A stretch of 64,000 nt of DNA from a virus. Made by a program: the position numbers and the translations under genes. Where the stretch lies: positions 32,001 through 96,000 of IMG/VR virus record IMGVR_UViG_3300044716_001642; one strand, given 5' to 3'. The notes below the pieces were generated by a model. It was not told where the DNA came from and searched no databases. It saw nothing but the letters and a program-made list of their open reading frames with translations. Below are positions 40,419 to 49,527 of the stretch, in pieces (within the stretch, counting starts at the first letter, position 1; each line of letters starts with the position of its first letter).

Positions 40419-42470
40419 TTAGTTCGGAGTAAATGTCGCAGTAAGCGTTGACGAAGAAGTGTTGCTGTATCCATCTTCGCCATTCCATCCTGGGCACCAC
40501 GTTCCAAATCCTACGAGGGACCGTCCGTCTACAACGATGGTCACACTATTTGGATATCCACATGGAGAGCTTTCCAAATCCGATGAGGCTTCGTGACCGC
40601 CGCCAGATAATGCTATGTAATAAAACCCGTCCTGTTCGCCAAGTTGATAGGAGATACTGCCAGAAATATAATAATCAACGGTATATGGATCGCTGCCTTC
40701 ATAAGTATACGTCGCATAAGCCGGACCAGACGCACTGACTGAGCCAGAACATCCAGAGGTTGATCCAGAGCCATTAAACGATCCGGAACCCTCAGAAGTC
40801 TTGCCATCAGCCGCCTCGCTCTCTGCGAAAGTCCCGCTCAACGTCCATGTTCCGCCGTTCTTATAAGCTAGATATTCTGCTTCACTTATCTCGAAAACAT
40901 TTTTCCCAGAAGGTACTCCGTTACAAGATTCAATGCCACATTTATAACATTCATAGCAAGGGTAATCTCCCGTTCCGCTAGACGTCAGCACTATCTCCCC
41001 CTCTGGACATTGGAGACCCGTTTCCACGTCATAAGAAGGATATGAACTTGACCATCCATTTTCAGTATCACACTCACAACATGTCCAGCATGTAATTCCT
41101 AGTGAGCTGCCTTCCACGAACGTAACGTATGGTATATGATCACCCTCTGAGCACGGCAGGTTTTCTGGATAATATTCGGACCCACTAGGACAAGTGCAGT
41201 TTTTAGTCCCATAGACGTCTACATCATAATCGTCCTTGCATCCATTTGAATCCCTCCAGGTTCCAGGCTCGAAATTAGGGTTTCCCTGCGCGTCAAATGC
41301 GCAAATATTCTCTGGAGATAATAAACCTCCACTGCTGTCCACAAGTATCCAATCTGGCACGCCATTTGGATCTTTTGCGCATTTGTAGCAGTCTACACTT
41401 GTTTTATCGTGATTTGGAGGACAAGTTTTTGTGAATTTTGTTGAAATTTCGCAATCACCTTCACAAGACGAACTATCAAAAGGTTCTTCGGGATAACCAA
41501 AATCAGAGCATGTGCAGCACAATGGCAAGCAAGAGGTAGTGACGCTATCTACAAAATCAATATGGCAACTCACGCCATTTAAACCTACGATATTTTTACC
41601 TCCCCAAACGCTTACAACAGTAGTGGCTGACCCGGCTGCTGCGCAACTACCATTATACGTATAATCAATAGTAGTATTTTCTCCAATGGCGCCGCCGAAT
41701 GAACCTGTCAATGTCTGACCATTTGTTGTTACTTTTACAAAGTACGCGTCTCCATCGCAATTTCCGCTGTTTGAACCAATACTTACAGCGATTGCCGCTA
41801 CATGAGTAACTTGACCTGTTGAGCCGCCATATTCATTGTGGCAAGTAGCTGTATCAAGAGAACTGGCTGAAACCGAAACGCTACTTGGGTAGGTTGGGTC
41901 CTTTGGCTCCGATGGACCGGGGCTAGGACCAGGACCAGGACCAGGACCAGGACCCGTTGGTTGCTCTGTACCACCAGGGCCAGGGCCGGGGCCGCCGGGA
42001 CCGGGGAAGGGACCGGGACCTGTTTGTGTTGGTGGTTCTTCTGTTTCTGTTGGTGGTGGTTCTTCTGTTTCTGTTGGTGGTGGTTCTTCTGTGTCCGTTG
42101 GTGATGGCTCTTCTGTTTCTGTTGGTGATGGCTCTTCTGTTTCTGTTGGCGATGGTTCTTCTGTTTCTGTTGAGGTTTCCGTGCCTGACTCGGTTTCAGA
42201 CTCGGTTTCAGATTCGGTTTCAGATTCGGTTTCAGATTCGGTTTCAGTAGGGGTTTCGGTTGGAAGTATAATGGATATGCTATTTGTACATGGTCCTGTG
42301 ATTGATTTTATTACAATTTCTTCTGAATCGTCTGAAACGCCAAGGACGAAACCTGCCAAAAGTTCTGCTTTTGTGAATATAACTTCCGTTTCAGATGGAT
42401 ATATGGTCGCGGACAGCAAGTCTCCAGTGTCCTCGCCAATTCCGCTTTCAGATTTCAAATAAACATCCAT
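40419..42470 (-). CDS. Mucin-like Pro/Thr/Glu-rich, Cys-rich protein; putative virion fibre or surface protein
   Basis: ETES, TEEPxPTE and GP repeats, then a Cys-rich region and a C-terminal domain shared with 1..996. Confidence 0.75.
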   Translation of the reverse strand: MDVYLKSESGIGEDTGDLLSATIYPSETEVIFTKAELLAGFVLGVSDDSEEIVIKSITGPCTNSISIILPTETPTETESETESETESETESETESGTETSTETEEPSPTETEEPSPTETEEPSPTDTEEPPPTETEEPPPTETEEPPTQTGPGPFPGPGGPGPGPGGTEQPTGPGPGPGPGPSPGPSEPKDPTYPSSVSVSASSLDTATCHNEYGGSTGQVTHVAAIAVSIGSNSGNCDGDAYFVKVTTNGQTLTGSFGGAIGENTTIDYTYNGSCAAAGSATTVVSVWGGKNIVGLNGVSCHIDFVDSVTTSCLPLCCTCSDFGYPEEPFDSSSCEGDCEISTKFTKTCPPNHDKTSVDCYKCAKDPNGVPDWILVDSSGGLLSPENICAFDAQGNPNFEPGTWRDSNGCKDDYDVDVYGTKNCTCPSGSEYYPENLPCSEGDHIPYVTFVEGSSLGITCWTCCECDTENGWSSSYPSYDVETGLQCPEGEIVLTSSGTGDYPCYECYKCGIESCNGVPSGKNVFEISEAEYLAYKNGGTWTLSGTFAESEAADGKTSEGSGSFNGSGSTSGCSGSVSASGPAYATYTYEGSDPYTVDYYISGSISYQLGEQDGFYYIALSGGGHEASSDLESSPCGYPNSVTIVVDGRSLVGFGTWCPGWNGEDGYSNTSSSTLTATFTPN
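41925..42246. repeat. In-frame tandem repeats: GP-rich, 24-bp (about 6 copies) and 12-bp (5 copies)
   Basis: Units gttggtggtggttcttctgtttct and gattcggtttca. Confidence 0.9.
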
Positions 42471-42580
42471 ATGTTGAAGTTACACTTGTTTTTTATAAAT
42501 TAAAAAAAAACTTACTATAATGTATTTTTTTTTAAAAAAATAGATAATATATGAATATAATATAATTAAATAATAAAACT

Positions 42581-43267
42581 ATGGAAGAAAAAAAAGAAAT
42601 ATTCGAAAATGCCGATGAAACATTTAAATCGTTAGTTGATTTAAAAAGTAATTTTGAAAGACCCGTGCTGGGACCTTCTTTGATTAATATTTTTGAATCA
42701 GTGTCTAAGTTTAATGAAGAAAACAAAAACTTTATTACCAATCTTTATAAACCACACGAATCTGTTTACGAAGATGTTATTAGCTCATTTGAAAATCCCA
42801 ATTGCACTTGTAGAAAAAGATTTATAGATTTTATAGAAAATAATATAGAAATTTCTAAAAATGTATTTTTTTCATTGTTGGCTTTCTTAAGCAAGAAAGA
42901 TTGCGAAACTATTCTGGATAGATTGAAATCTTTTTACAAGCATTATAAAACATTAAGCGAAGAGCAAAATGCCAAAAAAACGGAAGAGAAAAATTCCGAC
43001 CTTGGTACTGCGGGCGGTAGTGAAGCGGGAACCGAGCAATTAGCATACAAAGTATCTCAAGAAAATGTGGAAGCGAAAAAGGGGGCGACTGCTCAGAATA
43101 ATAATTCTGTTGAAGCTTCCTCCTATATTGGAAGAAGTTTTATTATAGAAAAAACTCAAGAAGCATACGCTAGTTTTTTTGAAACTTTGCTAAAAGATAA
43201 AATTCAATATAATGGCATTTCAGTCATGCCGTACAATCTAAATCAGATGATGATAGTTTTTTATTGA
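42581..43267 (+). CDS. Hypothetical protein
   Basis: 228-aa ORF containing NPNCTC, divergent from 40419..42470. Confidence 0.7.
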   Translation: MEEKKEIFENADETFKSLVDLKSNFERPVLGPSLINIFESVSKFNEENKNFITNLYKPHESVYEDVISSFENPNCTCRKRFIDFIENNIEISKNVFFSLLAFLSKKDCETILDRLKSFYKHYKTLSEEQNAKKTEEKNSDLGTAGGSEAGTEQLAYKVSQENVEAKKGATAQNNNSVEASSYIGRSFIIEKTQEAYASFFETLLKDKIQYNGISVMPYNLNQMMIVFY

Positions 43268-43291
43268 AATTAAATTCAATTTAAAATTGCA

Positions 43292-44011
43292 TCATAAAAT
43301 GATGTTACCCCAAATTTCGTTAATGTCCAACAATTTGTGTTTGCATCCATTGATTTCTTCAGTCCAAGAACTATGAAAGTGACCATATAGATGAAGGTAT
43401 GGTTTGCATAATTTAAAAATTTCATCCATTATTACTCTTTCGTTACTAAGATCTCCAATAAGATAAGCATCCTCCAATGCCCAACCATAAACCATTTCAT
43501 TAAACTGTTGCGGAAAACACCAAGAAGGAGCAGTGTGAGTTACAAGAATATCAACTTTTTTGCATTTATCTCTGTCTAATTTAACAGCCTCGTCTTCCCA
43601 GTATGAAACACCTTCTTTTCTGGCAGTTCTGTCAATAGAAACAGCGCCGCCAATAAATTGAATTTTTTTACCATTATATTCTGCAACAGTATAATCTTCA
43701 ATTAGTTCAAAATTACTTAAAGAAACTCTGTTAGCGCCTTGAAAGTAAGCTGGGTCATCATGATTTCCCCTGGCCGCCATAAAAACGATATTTCTTTCTT
43801 TAAACTCTTCATTTAGCCAATGATTATTTTTTTCTTGATTTTCTTTATTGGTAAAACCAATGCCCGAATCTCCAACGCTAATCAAATAGCAGTCGCTTAT
43901 TTTTTTAGCATCTACAATATCAAGAAGATACGACCATTCGCCATGATGATCTCCTAGAAATAACAGCGGCTTGTTTTTATTTAAAATTTTAGTATTACCA
44001 TTCATCTCCAT
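43292..44011 (-). CDS. Calcineurin-like metallophosphoesterase
   Basis: GDHHG, VGDSG, RGNHD, GGAVSIDR, VTHTAP, GHFH. Confidence 0.88.
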   Translation of the reverse strand: MEMNGNTKILNKNKPLLFLGDHHGEWSYLLDIVDAKKISDCYLISVGDSGIGFTNKENQEKNNHWLNEEFKERNIVFMAARGNHDDPAYFQGANRVSLSNFELIEDYTVAEYNGKKIQFIGGAVSIDRTARKEGVSYWEDEAVKLDRDKCKKVDILVTHTAPSWCFPQQFNEMVYGWALEDAYLIGDLSNERVIMDEIFKLCKPYLHLYGHFHSSWTEEINGCKHKLLDINEIWGNIIL

Positions 44012-45177
44012 TATCTTCCTCTTGAAATTTTTTCTCTTCTTCTATTTTTTCTATCAATATATTTTTTAAACCAACAAGAGCTTCGCCGTAGGAGGCAAAT
44101 TCTTCTACAATATCTCCTAGAATATAGCCCCAATGTTGAACATTATACTTTGGAGGTTGACCATAACTCCATTTTATTTCGACATACCAATGACAACATT
44201 TGTCCTTGTGGTGGCGAGGCCCTATTAATAAATACCATTCGTCAGACAATTTTGTAATTTCTTCAATAATGCTTTCCATAATCAGTCCATTAAATATGGT
44301 TCTTCTACGATAACATAGTAAGTGCCTGCAATTTTTTCTATTTTCGTTTTTCTGCCTTTTGGTAAAGGTTTATTTTTAAATACCTTATCAACTGTCTCCC
44401 AAACTAAGTTGAAGTTTTTACTCTTCATGGCTTCGTCCATTCGATCTTGATACCTAGGCGGAATCATAAATTGTTTTTGTGGCTTCCAATAGCCTTTTTC
44501 ATCTAAAATTTTTGGAATAGGTACTTTAGAACTTTGAAATGGTCCGTCGCCAGAAACGTCACAAATTCTTCTGTATCCATCGTTTCTTTGATAGTGAAGA
44601 AACTGCTCAATAGTCTTTTTAATTTCCCATGCTACGGTGCCGTCTTTCATTTTTTCACAGCCAACGCCATAATAAGAATTACGATTCTCCATCAATTCTT
44701 TTTCTTTATGGAAAACGATAGTTCTCACCATGCTTTCCAATACCTCGCCATCTTGGTAAGTTAATTCTTTATCCCAAAACGCGGCATCCATAGCAAACTT
44801 AATCTGACCAGAGCGCAAACGAGAGTAGACTTCCAAAGCATTTGCTAGTGTTCCAAGATGCTGTTCGTCAAACTCTATAGATACTTTTTTAGATGGTTTG
44901 TTTTTCTTTTTCATTTTTCGATTGGGCTAAAATAAATTTTAGGATCTCTTCTAATGTAGGATGAATTTGAATCAATGTCAATAGTAACATACCAAGATCT
45001 ATTGCCGACGGTTGCAATTTTCTTATCTAGGTGTTCAGATTTACTAAGAATATTCATGTATTCTTTATGGGCTTTATCTTTTAGCTCGCTTGCTTTTTCA
45101 TAAGCTTTTTTAGCTTTAAAAATTTGATTGAATGAAGTGAGCTTTTCTTTTTTGATTTCGGAGTTTTTAGTTTTCAT
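43995..45177 (-). CDS. Three hypothetical proteins (43995-44279, 44282-44914, 44911-45177)
   Basis: Abutting ORFs; promoter TTGACA-17-TATTCT at 45195-45223. Confidence 0.6.
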
Positions 45178-45238
45178 TTTTAACCTTCAAATTAAGAATA
45201 ATTTGTTTTTTATTAAATGTCAATATGTTTTAAAAAAA

Positions 45239-45871
45239 TCAAAAGGGGTTTTTGTTGTTTTCTATTATTATTTTTATAAAATTTAAAGTTTCTTCATGGG
45301 ACATGGTATTTTTTGCGTAATTTATATTTCTGCTTACAAATTGAATGTTTTCTTTTGTGTAAGGTCTGGAAGAGTCAATTCTATCAACTGACGCCATATT
45401 GTAAGAAATGTCCGGATTGGGGTTGGAGTTTGTTGGTAATTTTAATTTAATTTTGGTATAAGGGCAAATCCCATTCTGCTTATGCCACACTTCTTTCAGG
45501 TCTTCTATAACAAGGAAAGATTCCTTCCTGTTTGAATTATTATTTATCATTCTAAATAAATATTTGAACTCTCTATTTTCTTTAGAATGAAAATCTCCGC
45601 CTTTATTTAAAATTCCGCTTTCTAAAAGCTTATAGGCTCTAATTTTTGACAATTTATTTAATTCTGGAGTATTTCTTTTACATCCGCATCCCTTTATTCT
45701 ATTCCTTTTCAAATCTTGAAAATTGCATTCTTTTGTTTTTCCGCATTCACATTCGCATTTGACGATTTTATTAGAAATAATTTCTAATATTTTCATGCTA
45801 TTTATCTTTTGCCCAATAAAGCTTTTATTTTTCATAATAAATATTATTGAGTAAACTCCGCACAACTCCAT
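45239..45871 (-). mobile_element. HNH-like (beta-beta-alpha-metal) putative homing endonuclease
   Basis: N-term KCECECGKTK; C-term CPYT...SVDRIDSSRPYTKENIQFVSRNINYAK. Confidence 0.7.
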
Positions 45872-45897
45872 TTTTTTTTTTTTTAAAAAAAAAATTT

Positions 45898-46311
45898 TGG
45901 AGGCGAGAGGGGTCGAACCTCTGTCTTTATAATATCATCTAAAAGATGCTACATGCTTTAATATATTCAATTTATAAGGTATCTTGGCATATTAACCAAC
46001 CTTGATATTTTATAGCTATATCATGCTCTGTATTAGTTTTTCTATGATCTCTAACAGTTCATCAAAACCTCTGCAATTCAAAACGGATTTAGAGGATTAC
46101 CGTTAGGCTTTTAAGCGGCGAGAGCGCAGGACTCTTCTTCAAAACCGGCGAGAAACTCGTCAGCATTGTTGAATATGTATTCAGCTTCGGCTAAAAGATC
46201 AGAAGTATTGTCTTCTGCATTTAGTTTTTTAATCGATTTTTAAAGAGGCCATCGATTAACCTCTACATGCACTTTTAGATTTCGATTACAAATCGAAACC
46301 AGTACGCCCCC
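45898..46311 (-). ncRNA. ssrA: One-piece tmRNA, 414 nt, CCA not encoded
   Basis: 5' GGGGGCGTACTGGTTTCGA; 3' T-arm AGAGG-TTCGACC-CCTCT then CGCCTCC-A; G3:U70 pair; pk1 GAGG/CCTC plus TTAATCGAT/ATCGATTAA; tag ORF 46218-46111 ending ALAA*. Confidence 0.95.
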
Positions 46312-46427
46312 ATAATTTCAAAGAACAATTGCTAGAAAGCTTTTCATTGGCTACCGTGTTTTTAACACGCTGGACGAAATTTACTTTTCAACCCTGCCTA
46401 ATCGGGTCTAGCATAAGAATATATACA

Positions 46428-46613
46428 CTAAAATAGAGACTCAAAGTCTTTAATTAATTTATTTGCATCATCCTCTAGCTCACTTAATCCAACGAGCAAC
46501 TCTTTTGCTCTACCTGAGTCCTCATAATAATGATCTAATGTTTTATCTTTCATTTCTTTTATTGAGCTAATTATTTCAGAAACTTCAATGATATGTGAAT
46601 ATGCATCTTTCAT
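46428..46613 (-). CDS. Hypothetical protein
   Basis: 61-aa ORF coupled to the ligase. Confidence 0.5.
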   Translation of the reverse strand: MKDAYSHIIEVSEIISSIKEMKDKTLDHYYEDSGRAKELLVGLSELEDDANKLIKDFESLF

Positions 46614-47626
46614 TAATCTTTGTAATTTCTATTAATTAATTTAAATCCAAGTGGGCGGCGAGAAGAGTATCCCTTTGGGTAGGATGAGGGTCTTACTACG
46701 ATTCCTTCTCCTTCTAGTCCGCTCTGGTATTTTTGTTTATCCGCTAGTTCTTGAAGTTTTTGCAGTGGGTCAACCCAAAGTTTTATGGTGGCATCAAGTC
46801 CCAACTTGCATATTAGGGGGACAACATCGCAATGCAAAGAATTTTCGCAAAAATCTTTCATCTCTTCGTATGTCATGTATTTTTTATTTTCGCTAATTTG
46901 AAATACAAAAATTTTAACATCTTCTAGTTTAAGCTGATTTTTCTGAATTCCATTGCCCACTAATTCGCCCTGTATAACGCCCGTCCAATTTGCTGGAATA
47001 CTAAGTTTCCTTGCGGCTTTCCAGAATGTATTATTTTCTGTTTCTTTTTTAGAAAGATTTCTGGTGCAAACTTGAGAAAGCGCGCCGTCTTCTACAATTA
47101 GCGTTATAGAGCTTCCGTCTAATTTTTGCGTGACCGTGATATGAGAATCGTGATTAAGAACCTTTTCGACTAGATTTGGATCATTCAATCCATTATCCTC
47201 ATCTGTTTTAGAAATAATACTTGTTGGAAAATCTCCAAGCGTTTCACCAGAAAGGTTCGCGGGAATTTCTTTGATGTATTTTGTAACCCCAAGTAATTCG
47301 GTTAAATTTTCACCAACTACAACTGTTTCTGTAAACTGTTCTGGAAATTCGCTAAGAGGTATTACCAAGCCAGAACTATATTCCCCGCGAAGTTTTATAT
47401 TCTTGATGCGAATTGGTTTGTCTGGATTTTTTTGATCAACCAGGAACTCGGACCAATTATAACGAGGGACAATAGTATCGATAGTAATAAAGGCTACCTT
47501 ATCGCCCTCTTTGTGAATCCCTTTTTTAACAATTGTTTGCCAGCCTAAAATTTCAGCAATTTCTAAAGACTCGGCGTTACTATGCTCTCTAATGTTTTTT
47601 ATGATTTCAATTGAAGCTAATTTCAT
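46613..47626 (-). CDS. RNA ligase, Rnl2 / DRB0094-like family
   Basis: N-term MKLASIEII...AESLEIAEILGWQTIVKKG; motif I TQKLDGSS; QGELVG; EGEGIVVR; FKLIN; promoter TTGACA-17-GATACT at 47639-47667. Confidence 0.88.
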   Translation of the reverse strand: MKLASIEIIKNIREHSNAESLEIAEILGWQTIVKKGIHKEGDKVAFITIDTIVPRYNWSEFLVDQKNPDKPIRIKNIKLRGEYSSGLVIPLSEFPEQFTETVVVGENLTELLGVTKYIKEIPANLSGETLGDFPTSIISKTDEDNGLNDPNLVEKVLNHDSHITVTQKLDGSSITLIVEDGALSQVCTRNLSKKETENNTFWKAARKLSIPANWTGVIQGELVGNGIQKNQLKLEDVKIFVFQISENKKYMTYEEMKDFCENSLHCDVVPLICKLGLDATIKLWVDPLQKLQELADKQKYQSGLEGEGIVVRPSSYPKGYSSRRPLGFKLINRNYKD

Positions 47627-47701
47627 AATACTTTCCGAAGTATCTGATAAATTTAATGCAATGTCAATTGTTTTCTTTTATTTAGTCTAGATTGTATTTA
47701 G

Positions 47702-48337
47702 TTAGATAAACTTTCCTTCTCTTATCCAGAAAATGCCAATATATTTAATTCCCTTTGTCACTGGAAGTCCTGCATGTAGACTATTGTACTCAACTTTATT
47801 ATTTTCATCAACATTTTTCCAAATAATTAATTTATTCTTTTTTGGAATTGCTCTATAAGGAATTTTTGGAAAATCAGTTTCCCCACCTTCAAAATCTTCA
47901 TTTAAATAAATTAGCGCCGAATGGGTTCTTTGACCCCCTCGCTTCATTACGTTTTCAAAATAATCCATATTAGCATGAAAGTAGTCATGATGGACTTTAT
48001 ATTGACCACCAATTTCATATTTTACAACATGCAATTGTTCAAAATTTTCTACCGGCACGTTTATAATTTTAGAAATCTTTTCTTTCAGTGCTGCGACAAG
48101 TTGATTTTTATTATCATACAGCCATGTGCCCTGCGCAACTCGGTATTCATTATCGGAATTTTCGCCAAGTGTTGTAGTTTTAACAAAATCTTTACTTGCT
48201 TCCTCTATAAGCTGACTCGCTTCGTCGTCCGAAATAAAACTTTCTATATTGTGGATAATAATTTTATCTAAAAGAGCCTGATTAATATCGAGGTTTTCTT
48301 TTCCGACTTCGGTGTCTTCTACAGTATTAGTTTTCAT
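47702..48337 (-). CDS. Prolyl 4-hydroxylase-like 2OG-Fe(II) oxygenase
   Basis: EQLHVVKYEIGGQYKVHHDYF, GGQRTHSALIYLN..FEGGETDFP, SLHAGLPVTKGIKY....WIRE. Confidence 0.92.
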   Translation of the reverse strand: MKTNTVEDTEVGKENLDINQALLDKIIIHNIESFISDDEASQLIEEASKDFVKTTTLGENSDNEYRVAQGTWLYDNKNQLVAALKEKISKIINVPVENFEQLHVVKYEIGGQYKVHHDYFHANMDYFENVMKRGGQRTHSALIYLNEDFEGGETDFPKIPYRAIPKKNKLIIWKNVDENNKVEYNSLHAGLPVTKGIKYIGIFWIREGKFI

Positions 48338-48383
48338 AATTGTAAATTTTATTATATTGAAATATGATCAGTCAAAAAGAATA

Positions 48384-48977
48384 TTAGCTTCTAACTGTGC
48401 TTTTTTCTGAAGTGAATCCATTAATCCAAACGGCTTGCCATGGATAGGGCGCGTTTCCAGTTCCAGTTGACAGAGTTCCATATCCTTCACTGTTATTATA
48501 TTCCCAATTTGATCCGTTCCACAGTACGGTTTCAGCTCCATATATGTAAGCTGGTCTTCCATTGATCAAAGATGTTGGATTTAACACTCTAAAAGAACTA
48601 CCGCCAGGACCAACTCCGTTGATATACCAACCGTCCATTTTTACGCCAGCTTCATTATCCGCAAGACTATTAAGTGGATCTGCGGGATCGTGGTCTGGTA
48701 AATTTGTAATCAGTTCCCAGCAATGAGTGGCGTATGGCAGGGATCCAACTGCGCATGTTATATTTTTATATACATAAAGAGCGCGAGAATTCATATTAGT
48801 TTCGAAATTTCTTCCGAGTGATACAACCGCATCATTGAGACTGTATTGAATTCCAGTAAATTCGCCCCTAAAATTGTAATTTACAACTGGTTCTGGCGCG
48901 CTATAGTTTAAAACCTTGAGTTTACCATCAACTTTAAGTTTTCCGTCCACTTTTAAAATAAAATTTTCTGTTGGCAT
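48384..48977 (-). CDS. Hypothetical protein, possibly virion-associated
   Basis: Duplicated KVDGKL; Trp/Gly/Asn-rich C-terminus; AGTGTA motif 9 nt upstream. Confidence 0.6.
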   Translation of the reverse strand: MPTENFILKVDGKLKVDGKLKVLNYSAPEPVVNYNFRGEFTGIQYSLNDAVVSLGRNFETNMNSRALYVYKNITCAVGSLPYATHCWELITNLPDHDPADPLNSLADNEAGVKMDGWYINGVGPGGSSFRVLNPTSLINGRPAYIYGAETVLWNGSNWEYNNSEGYGTLSTGTGNAPYPWQAVWINGFTSEKSTVRS

Positions 48978-49014
48978 GATTTATTATACACTAGTTGTTT
49001 GTTTTTGTTTTAAT

Positions 49015-49515
49015 TTAACTGTTTCTAGGTTTGCACCACGAATCAAAATATCCCTGCCCCCACCAAACTAATATTTCATCGTCTACTTCAATATCCTTTT
49101 CAGCTGTAAAAACGACTAAATTTAAGTTTGGGTATAGTTTGTACGATGCGTTTTTTAAAGAATCCGACTCAGCCGAATTATATATTGAACCATTTCCAAA
49201 TAAAATCATCCCCGAGTTGCCATGCGTTTGACAGTCTTTACATTCGCACCCTGCCCAGTAGGCATATTTTAAAATAGATGGATCATTGACATATTTTCTT
49301 TTCCAACTCATCGTAAGGCTGTGGCAATATTCTATTACTTCATTTTTTTTTATTTTTTTGTTTGCAAAAACTCCAAGCCCCTTTCCTGGGGACTCCCTTG
49401 CAATTAAGTGTTCGTTATTAAAACCTTCGCCCCTTATCTTAGCCCATTTTTTTTGGACTTCTTTTATATCAAGATCCTCACTAATTTTTTTATTAGTCTC
49501 TTTATTGTCATTCAT
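49015..49515 (-). CDS. SET-domain protein
   Basis: SPGKGLGVFA.K.IKKNEVIE, GNGSIYNSA, FTAEKDIEVDDEILVWWG. Confidence 0.8.
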   Translation of the reverse strand: MNDNKETNKKISEDLDIKEVQKKWAKIRGEGFNNEHLIARESPGKGLGVFANKKIKKNEVIEYCHSLTMSWKRKYVNDPSILKYAYWAGCECKDCQTHGNSGMILFGNGSIYNSAESDSLKNASYKLYPNLNLVVFTAEKDIEVDDEILVWWGQGYFDSWCKPRNS

Positions 49516-49527
49516 ATTTTTATGAAA

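Noticed and set aside
41925-42246. Tandem repeats as a possible CRISPR array
   Set aside because: The units are 12 or 24 bp, abut without unique spacers and are in-frame codon repeats of a protein
45898-45930. Stand-alone tRNA suggested by the TTCGA T-arm
   Set aside because: The T-arm and acceptor strand pair with the GGGGGCG 5' end 414 nt away; this is the tRNA-like domain of the tmRNA
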